From contig NC_008340.1 of NCBI RefSeq assembly GCF_000014785.1, forward strand, positions 750,001-782,000: 32,000 nt of DNA, read 5' to 3'. The position numbers were made by a program, and so were the translations under genes. Positions 12,183 to 20,996 of the stretch are shown piece by piece (positions within the stretch are counted from its first letter, which is position 1; each line of letters starts with the position of its first letter). Below the pieces are notes generated by a model. It was given only the letters and a program-made list of their open reading frames with translations. It did no database searches and had not been told where the DNA came from. This DNA comes from Alkalilimnicola ehrlichii MLHE-1. GTDB lineage: Bacteria; Pseudomonadota; Gammaproteobacteria; Nitrococcales; Halorhodospiraceae.

Positions 12183-13037
12183 ATGAGCGCCTGTATCGAC
12201 CTGCACAGCCACTCCACCGCCTCCGACGGCCGCCTGACCCCGACGGAACTGGTGACCCGGGCCCGGGCCAAAGGGGTGGCGACCCTGGCGCTCACCGACC
12301 ACGACACCACGGCCGGTGTGGCCGAGGCGCAGGCCGCAGCCGAAGAGCAGGGCCTTCGGCTGATTCCGGGGGTGGAGATCTCCACCACCTGGGCCCGGCG
12401 CGACTTCCACATCGTTGGCCTGGGCGTGGCGGCCCAGCACCCGGGGCTGCAGACGCTGCTGGCGGAGATCGACGCAATCCGCCGGGAACGGGCCCTCACC
12501 ATCGGTCGGAAGCTGGCCCGGCACGGGATGCCCGGGGCCTGGGAAGGGGCCTCGGCACGGGCCGGGGCGGCCACCATCACCCGCAGCCACTACGCCGGCT
12601 GGCTGGTGGCCGAGGGCCATGTGAATACCCCCAACGAGGCCTTCCACAAATGGCTGCGCAAGGGCCGGCCAGCCGGGGTGAGCGTGCGCTGGCCCGGCAT
12701 GGAGCGGGCGGTGGCCTGTATCCGCGAGGCGGGCGGGGTGGCGGTGCTAGCCCATCCGCTGGCCTACGGGCTCACCGGCGCCTGGATGCGCCGGGTGCTC
12801 ACCGCCTTCCGCGATGCCGGGGGTGAGGCCATGGAGGTGGCCTGTGGGACCCGCCCGCGGCCGGTCGACGTGGCCCGTCTGGCGGAATGGGCCCGCCGTT
12901 ATGCCCTGCTGGCCTCGCAGGGTTCCGACTTCCACCACCCGGACAACCCCTGGGTGGATCTGGGCCGGTTGCCGCGCCTGCCGGCTGATCTCACCCCGGT
13001 ATGGCACCACCCGCGACTGTGCAATGCAGCATCCTGA
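12183..13037 (+). CDS. PHP-domain phosphoesterase (RNase AM / nucleoside 3',5'-bisphosphate phosphatase family, YciV/TrpH-like)
   Basis: IDLHSHSTASDGRLTPTELVTRA..LALTDHDTTAGVAEA..LIPGVEIST..LAHPL..GSDFH PHP metal-binding motifs. Confidence 0.9.
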   Translation: MSACIDLHSHSTASDGRLTPTELVTRARAKGVATLALTDHDTTAGVAEAQAAAEEQGLRLIPGVEISTTWARRDFHIVGLGVAAQHPGLQTLLAEIDAIRRERALTIGRKLARHGMPGAWEGASARAGAATITRSHYAGWLVAEGHVNTPNEAFHKWLRKGRPAGVSVRWPGMERAVACIREAGGVAVLAHPLAYGLTGAWMRRVLTAFRDAGGEAMEVACGTRPRPVDVARLAEWARRYALLASQGSDFHHPDNPWVDLGRLPRLPADLTPVWHHPRLCNAAS

Positions 13038-13055
13038 GGTCTTCAGGGGTTTTTC
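13033..13055 (+). terminator. Possible short rho-independent terminator after the PHP gene
   Basis: CCTGA-GGTCT-TCAGG followed by GG-TTTTT; overlaps the stop codon. Confidence 0.4.
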
Positions 13056-13201
13056 TGACCGGGTAAATCAGGGATGCTTGGTTATACTGTGGTGCGTTAG
13101 GCTCGCAACCGAGGCCGAGAATAACGTATTCGAACTGGCGCCGCCGGCACTGTCCGGGGGGCGGTACTGGCAAGACTGCCAAATCAAGCAGGAGGAGTTG
13201 T

Positions 13202-14389
13202 ATGTCTGACAGAGAAGTGGTTGTCCTTAGTGCGGCACGTTCCGCCATCGGTACCTTTGGCGGCACCTTGGCCGGGTTCGAGCCCGCTGACCTGGGTGGC
13301 CTGATCATCAAAGAGGCGGTGGCGCGCTCCGGTGTCGACCCCAATCAGATCAACTACACCACCGTGGGCAACTGCATCCCCACCGAGAGCCGCTCGCCCT
13401 ATGTGGCCCGGGTGGCGGCGGTGCAGGGTGGGCTGCCGCACAACTCCACGGCGGTCACCGTCAACCGGCTGTGCGGCTCCGGCATGCAGGCCATCGTCTC
13501 CACCGCCCAGTCCATCCTGCTGGGCGATGCCGACTTCGGTGTCGGTGCCGGCACCGAGGTGATGTCCAAGGGCGGTTACCTCACCCCCTCGGCCCGTTTC
13601 GGCGCCCGCATGGGGGATGCCAAGATGGTCGACATGATGGTGGCCACCCTGACCGACCCCTTCGGCGTCGGCCACATGGGCATCACCGCCGAGAACCTGG
13701 CCGAGAAGTGGAACATCTCCCGCGAGGAGCAGGACCAGTTCGCCGCGGAGTCCCAGCGCCGTGCCCAGGCGGCCATCGAAGGCGGCTACTTTAAGGACCA
13801 GATCGTGCCGGTGACCATCAAGAGCCGGAAGGGCGAGAAGGTCTTTGACACCGACGAGCACCCGCGCTTTGGTGTCACCGTTGAGGATCTGGCCAAGATG
13901 CGCCCGGCCTTCAAGAAGGAGGGCGGCACCGTGACCGCCGGCAACGCCTCCGGTATCAACGATGCCGCTGCCGCCCTGGTGCTGGCCGACCGTGCCGCGG
14001 CCGAGAAGGCCGGTCACAAGCCCGTGGCGCGGATGGTGGCCTACGGTATTGCCGGGGTGCCCAACGACATCATGGGGGAGGGGCCGATCCCGTCGTCCAA
14101 GGTGGCGCTGGACAAGGCCGGACTGAGTATCGAGGACATGGACGTGGTGGAGTCCAACGAGGCCTTCGCGGCCCAGGCGCTGACGGTCATGAAGGGCCTG
14201 GGGCTGGACCCGGCCAAGACCAACGTCAACGGCGGCGCCATCGCCCTGGGCCACCCGGTGGGGGCCACCGGGTCCATCCTGGCGGTCAAGGCAATCCACG
14301 AGCTGCACCGCATCCAGGGCAAGTACGCCCTGGTCACCATGTGCATCGGTGGCGGTCAGGGCATCACGGCCATCTTCGAGCGCATGTGA
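13202..14389 (+). CDS. Acetyl-CoA C-acyltransferase / beta-ketothiolase
   Basis: Catalytic [21 protein letters not shown] and CIGGGQG motifs; strong AGGAGGAG RBS upstream of ATG 13202. Confidence 0.94.
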   Translation: MSDREVVVLSAARSAIGTFGGTLAGFEPADLGGLIIKEAVARSGVDPNQINYTTVGNCIPTESRSPYVARVAAVQGGLPHNSTAVTVNRLCGSGMQAIVSTAQSILLGDADFGVGAGTEVMSKGGYLTPSARFGARMGDAKMVDMMVATLTDPFGVGHMGITAENLAEKWNISREEQDQFAAESQRRAQAAIEGGYFKDQIVPVTIKSRKGEKVFDTDEHPRFGVTVEDLAKMRPAFKKEGGTVTAGNASGINDAAAALVLADRAAAEKAGHKPVARMVAYGIAGVPNDIMGEGPIPSSKVALDKAGLSIEDMDVVESNEAFAAQALTVMKGLGLDPAKTNVNGGAIALGHPVGATGSILAVKAIHELHRIQGKYALVTMCIGGGQGITAIFERM

Positions 14390-14425
14390 TCGCCCGCCCG
14401 CCCCGATACCGGGGTTGGCCGTGAG

Positions 14426-14461
14426 ACGGGGCCCTGCCGTGGCGATGCGGCAGGGCCCCGT
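14426..14461. terminator. Strong bidirectional-type terminator hairpin between convergent thiolase and GGDEF/EAL genes
   Basis: Perfect 14-bp stem ACGGGGCCCTGCCG (14426-14439) / CGGCAGGGCCCCGT (14448-14461) with 8-nt loop. Confidence 0.75.
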
Positions 14462-14484
14462 TCGGTTCAGGGTTCGGTTCAGGG
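14461..14484. repeat. Two-copy 12-bp direct repeat adjacent to the terminator
   Basis: TTCGGTTCAGGG x2 at 14461-14472 and 14473-14484. Confidence 0.8.
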
Positions 14485-14497
14485 CGGTGCGGGCGGG

Positions 14498-16678
14498 TCA
14501 GTGGCGGCTGGCCAGGTGTTCGCGCGCCCAGCCTTCCAGCAGGTCGACCGCCTCGTGGCCGCTCAGCGGATAGCTGAAGTAAAAGCCCTGCATGCGACCA
14601 CACTGCAGGCGGCGCAGGTAGTCGAGCTGGCGTTTTGTCTCCACGCCCTCGGCCACCACGTTCAGCCCCAGTCCATGGGCCATGGCGATGATGGTCTCCA
14701 CCAGGGTGCCTTTCTCTTCATTCTCGCGGATGGCGTGGACGAAGGACTGGTCGATCTTTAGGGCGTGGATGGGCAGCCGCTGCAGGTAGCCCAGGGAAGA
14801 GTAGCCGGTGCCGAAGTCGTCGATGGTGATGGTGACGCCGAGCCGGCTCAGGGTGCGCAGCTTTTCCACCACCGACTCCACGTCCCGCATGAGCAGATTC
14901 TCGGTGATCTCCAAGTCGAGCCGTCGGAGCGGGAATCCGGTTTCGTCGCAGATGGCCCGTACGCGGTCGACAAAGTCCCGTTGGTGGACCTGTAACGGCG
15001 AGAGATTGACCGCCAGGCGCAGGCCCTCGTTGCCATCCGGCCAACGCAGCAGCTCCTCGCAGGCGCTGCGCAACAGCCACTCACCGATCGGAAGGATCAG
15101 GCCGGTCTGTTCTGCCACCGGGATGAATTCCCGCGGGCTCACTTCGCCGGTCTCAGGGTGTTGCCAGCGGATCAGCGCCTCCATCCCCGTGACCCGGCCG
15201 CTGACCACGTCTACCTGCGGCTGGTAGGCCACACGGAACTCGTGCTGCTCCAGGGCCCGGCGCAGGCCGGTCTCCATGTTCAGATGGTGGTCGATGCGGC
15301 TGCCCATGGCCTGGTCGAAGAAGGTGTAATGGCCCTTGCCGTGCTCCTTCACGTGGTACATGGCCACATCGGCGTGCTTGATCAGGGTCTCCAGGGTCTC
15401 GCCATGCTCGGGGAACAGGGCGATGCCGATACTCACCCCCAAGAAGAGTCGGTGGTTGTGCACCATGAAGGGCTGTTCCAGGGCATCGATACACTTCTGC
15501 GCCACCCGCTCGACGGCCGGTCGGTCCGGGATGGCAGGCAGTAACAGGGTGAACTCATCGCCACCGAGCCGTGCCAGGGTATCGCCCTCGCGCAGACAGG
15601 CACGCAGGCGCTGGGCCACCTGCTGCAGGAGTTGGTCACCCACCGAGTGGCCCAGGCTGTCGTTCACCACCTTGAACCGGTCCAGATCCAGGAAGAGCAC
15701 CGCCACTTCCTCGTTCCCGCGGCGGGCCCGGGCCAGGGCCTGAGCCAGGCGGTCCTTGAGCAGGGCGCGGTTGGGCAGGCCGGTGAGCAGGTCGTGGTGG
15801 GCCTGGTAGTGGACGATGGACTCCGCGTGTTTCCGATCAGTGACGTCGCGGGCGATACCGTAGGTGCCCAGGAACTGACCGGGGTGGGGTGCATCACCGT
15901 CGGCGTAGATGCCCATGGCGGTGAGGTCCACCGTGCGGGTGGGTTGTCCGGCGGCGCCGGGCGGGGCGAGCTGCAGCTCCAGGTTGTGGGTGGCGCGTTG
16001 GCCGGTGCGCCGCTCGTTGAAGCGGCGCTCGGCCACCGCGCGGTCCTCGTCGGCGATGAGGCACTGAAAATGCTCGCCGAGCAGGGTATCGGGGGTCATC
16101 CCCAGCAACCGCTCGGCGCTGCGGTTGATGAAGGTGAACCGGCCCTCGGCGTCCAGCACGTAGATGAAATCGGGGGAGTTGTCGACAATGAAGCGGTAGA
16201 GCCGCTCGGAGCGCTTGAGCCGGTGGCGGATCTGCTCGTTCTGGCGGGACAGGCGGCGCCGTTCCAGGGTGTTCTCCAGGGTCGCCAGCATGGCCTCGGG
16301 GGCGAAGGGCTTGCGGATGAACTCGCTGGCGCCCCGGCGCAACGCCTCAATGGGGGCCCGGCAGGTGGGGTCGGCGGTGAGGGCGATCACGTCCATGCCC
16401 GCGCGATGGTTGTGCAGCCACTCCATCAGGTCCAGGCTGGCGGTGTCCTCGGCCTGCATGTCCACCAATACCACCCCGTACTCCCGCTGCCGGACCAGGG
16501 TCCGGGCCTCCGCCGGGGTCTCCGCCGTGTCCAGGGGTATGCCGCGGGCGTTGGCCAGCATGTCCAGGCTCTCCAGCAGGCGCGGGTGCCGGTCCACGGC
16601 CAGGATCCGCTCGCTGCGTTCGTAGGCCGATGGCAGGGTGTCCATCTCTTCGGGTGGCGTCGGTGGCATGGCTTTCAC
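14498..16678 (-). CDS. REC-PAS-GGDEF-EAL bifunctional-type c-di-GMP signalling protein
   Basis: Receiver-like domain with VVLVDMQ; PAS (RLYRFIVDNSPDFIYVLDAEGRFTFINRSAERLLG); intact RLGGDEFTLLLP; intact EAL (MEALIRWQHP), ENLLM and DDFGTGYSSL. Confidence 0.95.
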   Translation of the reverse strand: MKAMPPTPPEEMDTLPSAYERSERILAVDRHPRLLESLDMLANARGIPLDTAETPAEARTLVRQREYGVVLVDMQAEDTASLDLMEWLHNHRAGMDVIALTADPTCRAPIEALRRGASEFIRKPFAPEAMLATLENTLERRRLSRQNEQIRHRLKRSERLYRFIVDNSPDFIYVLDAEGRFTFINRSAERLLGMTPDTLLGEHFQCLIADEDRAVAERRFNERRTGQRATHNLELQLAPPGAAGQPTRTVDLTAMGIYADGDAPHPGQFLGTYGIARDVTDRKHAESIVHYQAHHDLLTGLPNRALLKDRLAQALARARRGNEEVAVLFLDLDRFKVVNDSLGHSVGDQLLQQVAQRLRACLREGDTLARLGGDEFTLLLPAIPDRPAVERVAQKCIDALEQPFMVHNHRLFLGVSIGIALFPEHGETLETLIKHADVAMYHVKEHGKGHYTFFDQAMGSRIDHHLNMETGLRRALEQHEFRVAYQPQVDVVSGRVTGMEALIRWQHPETGEVSPREFIPVAEQTGLILPIGEWLLRSACEELLRWPDGNEGLRLAVNLSPLQVHQRDFVDRVRAICDETGFPLRRLDLEITENLLMRDVESVVEKLRTLSRLGVTITIDDFGTGYSSLGYLQRLPIHALKIDQSFVHAIRENEEKGTLVETIIAMAHGLGLNVVAEGVETKRQLDYLRRLQCGRMQGFYFSYPLSGHEAVDLLEGWAREHLASRH

Positions 16679-16726
16679 GGTAAGCTGTCCTGACAGGCGC
16701 GACCCGTTCGGGCGGGCATGATGGGT

Positions 16727-18361
16727 TCAGGGGTTTGCCGGATTTCCGTCGACCGTCGGTTCCAGTTCGCTGATCAGCTCGCGGATCCGTTCGACCTCGT
16801 CGCGAAGGGCGCTGACCCCGCTCTGTCCGGGGTGGTCCGCCTCAAGCTGCTGTTGTAATACGCTCAGGTAATTCTGCATCACGGTAATCGGGTTTGCGGT
16901 TGCCTTGACCAATTCCGCTTCGCGGCGCCGCTGTTGCGCAGAGGCCTCCTCCCGCGCCTGCCGTACGGCCTGGTCCTCCCGCTGGCGGCGGGCGAGCAGG
17001 GCGCCGGCCTGGGCGGCGAAGGTGCGGAGCAGGGGGGCCTCCGCTTGCAGGGCCTGGAGTTGCCCGTGGCTCAGCCCCAGGATGAGTGCCGCCACCGGCC
17101 GGCCCTCACTGTAAAGGGGCAGCCCCAGGGCAGCTTCGCCAGGGAGCCGGTCGAGTACCTGGCGGTCCGCCACCGGCTGGTCGATGGCGCCGGGGTCGGG
17201 GGTCTTGAGTGGGGCGATGCGGTCCTCGAGCAGTAACGCGGCAATGGGGCTGGCCGCGGTTTCCAGCGGCAGGGAGAGTTCGCTGATGGCCGGGTCGTTG
17301 GCGGGCATGGCGGTAGCGCTCAGCCGCTCGCCGGTCTCGTCCACCTCCAGCACCAGCAGGTGTCGTACCCCGAACAGCAGGGCCACACAGATGGCGAGGC
17401 TCTCCAGGGTGTCGCCCTCGGCCAGCGCGGCCCCGAGCCCCCCGGTCAGCGCCGCGGTGCGGACCTGGTCCCCCAGCCGTTGCACCACCCGCTCATGGGC
17501 CCCCTTCAGGTCCGATGCCGCGTCGTCCTCGCCGAGCGCCGTGCAGGTCTTGGCCAGCTCGTGCTGCGCCGCGGTCACCAGGGTCTGGGTGTCCTCCCGG
17601 CCCAGGTCCAGCAACCGGGCGGCGGCCTGGCGACCGGTCACGTCCACTTCCGGGTGGTGACAGAGCAGGTTCGCGAGCGCCACGCAGCGGACCAGCGGGT
17701 GGGCGTGTTCCAGCGCCGGTACCGGCTGATGGTGGTAGCGCACGGCATCAATGAGCAGGGCCGGGAAGCCCCAGTCGGCGAGCAGTTCCGCCCCCACCTG
17801 GCTGTGGTCGCAGCCCCAGCGCGCCTGTTCCAACCCCTGTAGGCCACGGTCGGAGGCCTCGGCGTCCGCCAGCAGTCGTTGGTATTCCTCCGGGCGGGCC
17901 AGACCCATGACTGGTTTGCCCACATCGTGCAGCAGGCCGGCCAGGTAGGCGGTTTCCGGACAACTGTTGGCCCGGGCCCGGGCCAGTTCGCGGGCGAGCT
18001 GAGCGCAAAGCAGCCCGTGGCGCCACAGGGCCTCCACCCAGACCGGCTGGCCCCTGTCCAGGGCCTGGAAAAAGCCGCGCACGGCGGTGGCGACCGCCAG
18101 GGTGTTGATCCGGCTCAGCCCCAGCCGCGCGATGGCCTCGCGCAGGCTGTCGGTGGGCGTGCTGCGGGTATAGGCGGCGGCATTGGCGGCGCCGAGAAGC
18201 CGGGCGACGAGGGTGCTATCGCGGGCGATGATGGTCTCGATCTCCCGTGGTCCGGCGTCGCCCCGGGCGGTGGCCTCCAGCAACGACAGCACCACGGCCG
18301 GGAACGCGGGCAGTTCAGCCAAGCTGCTTCGGTGCAGGAATTCATTGGCGGGGACAGTCAT
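16727..18361 (-). CDS. HDOD domain protein with GAF-like region and C-terminal truncated HisKA-like segment
   Basis: HDOD core (FLHRSSLAELPAFPAVVLSLLEA..IIARDSTLVARLLGAANAAAY..YLAGLLHDVGKPVMG); GAF-like middle; C-term LVKATANPITVMQNYLSVLQQQL. Confidence 0.85.
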   Translation of the reverse strand: MTVPANEFLHRSSLAELPAFPAVVLSLLEATARGDAGPREIETIIARDSTLVARLLGAANAAAYTRSTPTDSLREAIARLGLSRINTLAVATAVRGFFQALDRGQPVWVEALWRHGLLCAQLARELARARANSCPETAYLAGLLHDVGKPVMGLARPEEYQRLLADAEASDRGLQGLEQARWGCDHSQVGAELLADWGFPALLIDAVRYHHQPVPALEHAHPLVRCVALANLLCHHPEVDVTGRQAAARLLDLGREDTQTLVTAAQHELAKTCTALGEDDAASDLKGAHERVVQRLGDQVRTAALTGGLGAALAEGDTLESLAICVALLFGVRHLLVLEVDETGERLSATAMPANDPAISELSLPLETAASPIAALLLEDRIAPLKTPDPGAIDQPVADRQVLDRLPGEAALGLPLYSEGRPVAALILGLSHGQLQALQAEAPLLRTFAAQAGALLARRQREDQAVRQAREEASAQQRRREAELVKATANPITVMQNYLSVLQQQLEADHPGQSGVSALRDEVERIRELISELEPTVDGNPANP

Positions 18362-18491
18362 GATGGTCAGTTTAGTAGACCATGAAAATAATCAAGTTTT
18401 CGCCGGACAGCGCCCCCCGGTGCGGGCCTTGAGGCCGCGCAACGCCGGGATGTCGGTGGATGTCCATCGGGTCGATGGGTAAAACCCAGGG

Positions 18492-18519
18492 TTGACGTCA
18501 GGGTTTTTCTCTTTAGAAT
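18492..18519 (+). promoter_or_regulatory. Sigma-70-like promoter for the membrane GGDEF gene
   Basis: TTGACG (18492-18497) - 16 nt - TAGAAT (18514-18519). Confidence 0.5.
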
Positions 18520-18593
18520 CATCGCAAATTAAGCATATAGTGACTCCGGATCAGTCCTCGTCAGCCCGCCGCGCCACGGCTGGTGGTACCCAC

Positions 18594-20600
18594 GTGAAGC
18601 CTGCTTTAAGAACCCGACTCGCCCGCCGCGTCCTGCTGCCGATCCTGCTGGTTGCCTTCCTGCTGGCCATTCTGGCCGGTTCCCTCTCCTATTGGCAGAG
18701 CCAGGAAATGATGCGTGGCAAATCGGAGAGTATGGCGACACATTTGCTCCGCGCCGCGGGGATCGCGCTGGCCAACAGTAGCTCCAGCCACCAGTTGCAG
18801 CGTGTGGTGGAGGCGCTGGGGGCGAACCCGGAAGTGCTGGAGGTGCTGATCGGCCGGCCGGGGGAGGGCCGGCTGCTGGCCGCGCACGACCCCGGGCTGC
18901 TCGGCCAGGACTGGAGCGATGTGATCGAGACACGGTTCTCCGCTGAGGAGTACCAGCGCCTGCGCCGCGAAGGCGGCCCCATGCTGTTGCAGGGGGACGG
19001 GCCGCTGTTGGCGCTGCGCGAGATCCCCGCCGGGGTCATCCGACTGGTGGACCGACCCTCGGGCGAGGCCTGGGTGCTGCTCAGCATGCGGCGGGACTGG
19101 GAACCGGGGCTGTTCAGTACCGATACACTGTATCCGGTCTGGTGGGCGGTGGTCGTAGTGCTGCTCTACGGCCTGGTCTCAACTTGGGTGGTGAAGCGGT
19201 ACGTGCTGCAGCCGGTCTGGTCACTGGAGCGTACGCTCAAGGCCCGCGAGGGCGGCGACCGGAGCGCCCGCACCGCGCTGCAGGGGTGGGATGAGCTGGC
19301 CCGGCTGGGGCGCACTCTGGACCACCTGCTCGATGTGGAGGATGAGCGCCTGGGGCTGTACCAGCAGATCTTCGAGCGTCACGACGCCATCCAGTGGCTG
19401 GTGGACCCCCGCGAGGGCGTGCTGGTGGATGTCAACGAGGCGGCCGCCCGGTTCTACGGCTTCCATCGGACGGAAATGCGCGGGATGCCCGTCTCGAAGA
19501 TCAACCAACTGTCGCCCGAGGCGGTGCGCGAGGCCATGGCCCGGGTGCAGCGCGGCGAACAGAAGGTGCTCTACTTTCCCCACCGCCTGGCCAGCGGCGA
19601 GATCCGCGAGGTGGAGGTGCACTCCGGCGCGGTCGATGTGGGCGGACGGGAGTATCTTCACTCCATCATCCATGACATCACCGAACGGCGGGAGCTGGCA
19701 CGTAACCGCCGGCAGCTGGTGGAGATTCTGGAGGCCTCGCCGCAGTTTATCGCCATGGCAGAGGCTGAAGGCAGACTGGTCTATCTGAACCGGGCCGGGC
19801 GCGCGTTGTTCCGGGAGTGGCTGCCCGGGGTGTCACCGGAAAGCAAGGACCTGACGGTGAACTTTGCCGAGGTTTTGCGTCTGGCGCACCCGCCCTGGGC
19901 GGTACGGCGGATCCTTGAAGAGGGCCTGCCGACCGCGGCGCGTGAGGGCCATTGGATGGGGGAGACGGCGTTCCGCCGGGCCGATGGCGGCGAGACCCCA
20001 CTCCAGCAACTGATTGTGGCCCACCGCGATGAGACCGGTCGGGTGGAGCGGTACTCCACCGTGGCGGAGGATATCACCGAACGCAAGCGCCGGGAGCAGG
20101 CGCTGCGCTACCGGGCCAGCCACGATGGCCTCACGGGCCTGTATAATCGCCGCCACACCCAGCGGGCTTTGGAGCGGGAACTGCGCCTGGCAGCCCGCAC
20201 CGGCCACCCCGTGTCCGTGGTGCTGTTCGATCTGGACCACTTCAAGCGCGTCAACGACACCCACGGCCATAATGCGGGCGACCAGGTGCTGAGGCAGCTG
20301 GCCGGCCTGGTCACTGAGCGGGTGCGGGATACGGATATCGTCGGCCGTTGGGGGGGGGAGGAGTTCTTGCTGGTGCTGCCCGGGACTGACGAGACCGGGG
20401 CGGGCCAGTTGGCGGAGGTGCTGCGGGCCTACGTCGCCGAGGCCCGCTTCCCGATACCGGACCCGGTCACCATCAGCCTCGGGTACGCCCAGGCGGGCGC
20501 GGACGAGGGCGCTGACGCGCTCTTCAAGCGCGTGGACCAGGCGCTCTATGCAGCAAAGGCGAATGGCCGCAACCGGGCGCAGGCCGCCAAGGCCCTGTAG
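18594..20600 (+). CDS. Membrane-associated PAS-GGDEF diguanylate cyclase
   Basis: Two TM segments (LLPILLVAFLLAILAGSLSYW; VWWAVVVVLLYGLVSTWVV), two PAS domains, intact RWGGEEFLLVLP. Track start 18492 (TTG) coincides with a -35-like element; GTG 18594 preferred. Confidence 0.92.
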   Translation: MKPALRTRLARRVLLPILLVAFLLAILAGSLSYWQSQEMMRGKSESMATHLLRAAGIALANSSSSHQLQRVVEALGANPEVLEVLIGRPGEGRLLAAHDPGLLGQDWSDVIETRFSAEEYQRLRREGGPMLLQGDGPLLALREIPAGVIRLVDRPSGEAWVLLSMRRDWEPGLFSTDTLYPVWWAVVVVLLYGLVSTWVVKRYVLQPVWSLERTLKAREGGDRSARTALQGWDELARLGRTLDHLLDVEDERLGLYQQIFERHDAIQWLVDPREGVLVDVNEAAARFYGFHRTEMRGMPVSKINQLSPEAVREAMARVQRGEQKVLYFPHRLASGEIREVEVHSGAVDVGGREYLHSIIHDITERRELARNRRQLVEILEASPQFIAMAEAEGRLVYLNRAGRALFREWLPGVSPESKDLTVNFAEVLRLAHPPWAVRRILEEGLPTAAREGHWMGETAFRRADGGETPLQQLIVAHRDETGRVERYSTVAEDITERKRREQALRYRASHDGLTGLYNRRHTQRALERELRLAARTGHPVSVVLFDLDHFKRVNDTHGHNAGDQVLRQLAGLVTERVRDTDIVGRWGGEEFLLVLPGTDETGAGQLAEVLRAYVAEARFPIPDPVTISLGYAQAGADEGADALFKRVDQALYAAKANGRNRAQAAKAL

Positions 20601-20641
20601 TAGGCCCGGGGCTGAGTGGCGTCCGCCGGGTCGCGGGCGGC

Positions 20642-20842
20642 TCAGTCGTCGTCGAGGTCATCGACGTCGAGATCGAGCGCCCGGAGTTCGCGTTGCAGGC
20701 GCTGCTCCTCCCACATGCGTTCGATAACGCGCCGGGCATCGGTGGGCGGCGCGGCCCCTCCGACATCCACCTCGTCCAGGTCCTGCCCGTCGTTGTCGCT
20801 GAGCCGGTCGATCAGTTCGTGGTAGTTCAGCTCGTTGCCCAT
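20642..20842 (-). CDS. Small acidic protein, possibly PA3496 family (putative envelope integrity protein)
   Basis: 66 aa; DARRVIERMWEEQRLQRELRALDLDVDDLDDD; clear GGAGG RBS just upstream of the ATG on the minus strand. Confidence 0.55.
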   Translation of the reverse strand: MGNELNYHELIDRLSDNDGQDLDEVDVGGAAPPTDARRVIERMWEEQRLQRELRALDLDVDDLDDD

Positions 20843-20996
20843 GGGTGCCCTCCAATGTCCGAAGCGTCGGGGGTTACAGCCCTGTACACGGTTTGGACAA
20901 CGAAACTAGCGAATCTCTGGCGCGGGATTAAATGAATTGTTCCGATGGATCCGATCGATGGTGGGGCTGGAGCTTATGACGGGCGTGGTGCCACCG

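Noticed and set aside
13184-14308. 374-aa minus-strand ORF opposite the thiolase
   Set aside because: Antisense to an intact thiolase with catalytic motifs; no domain seen.
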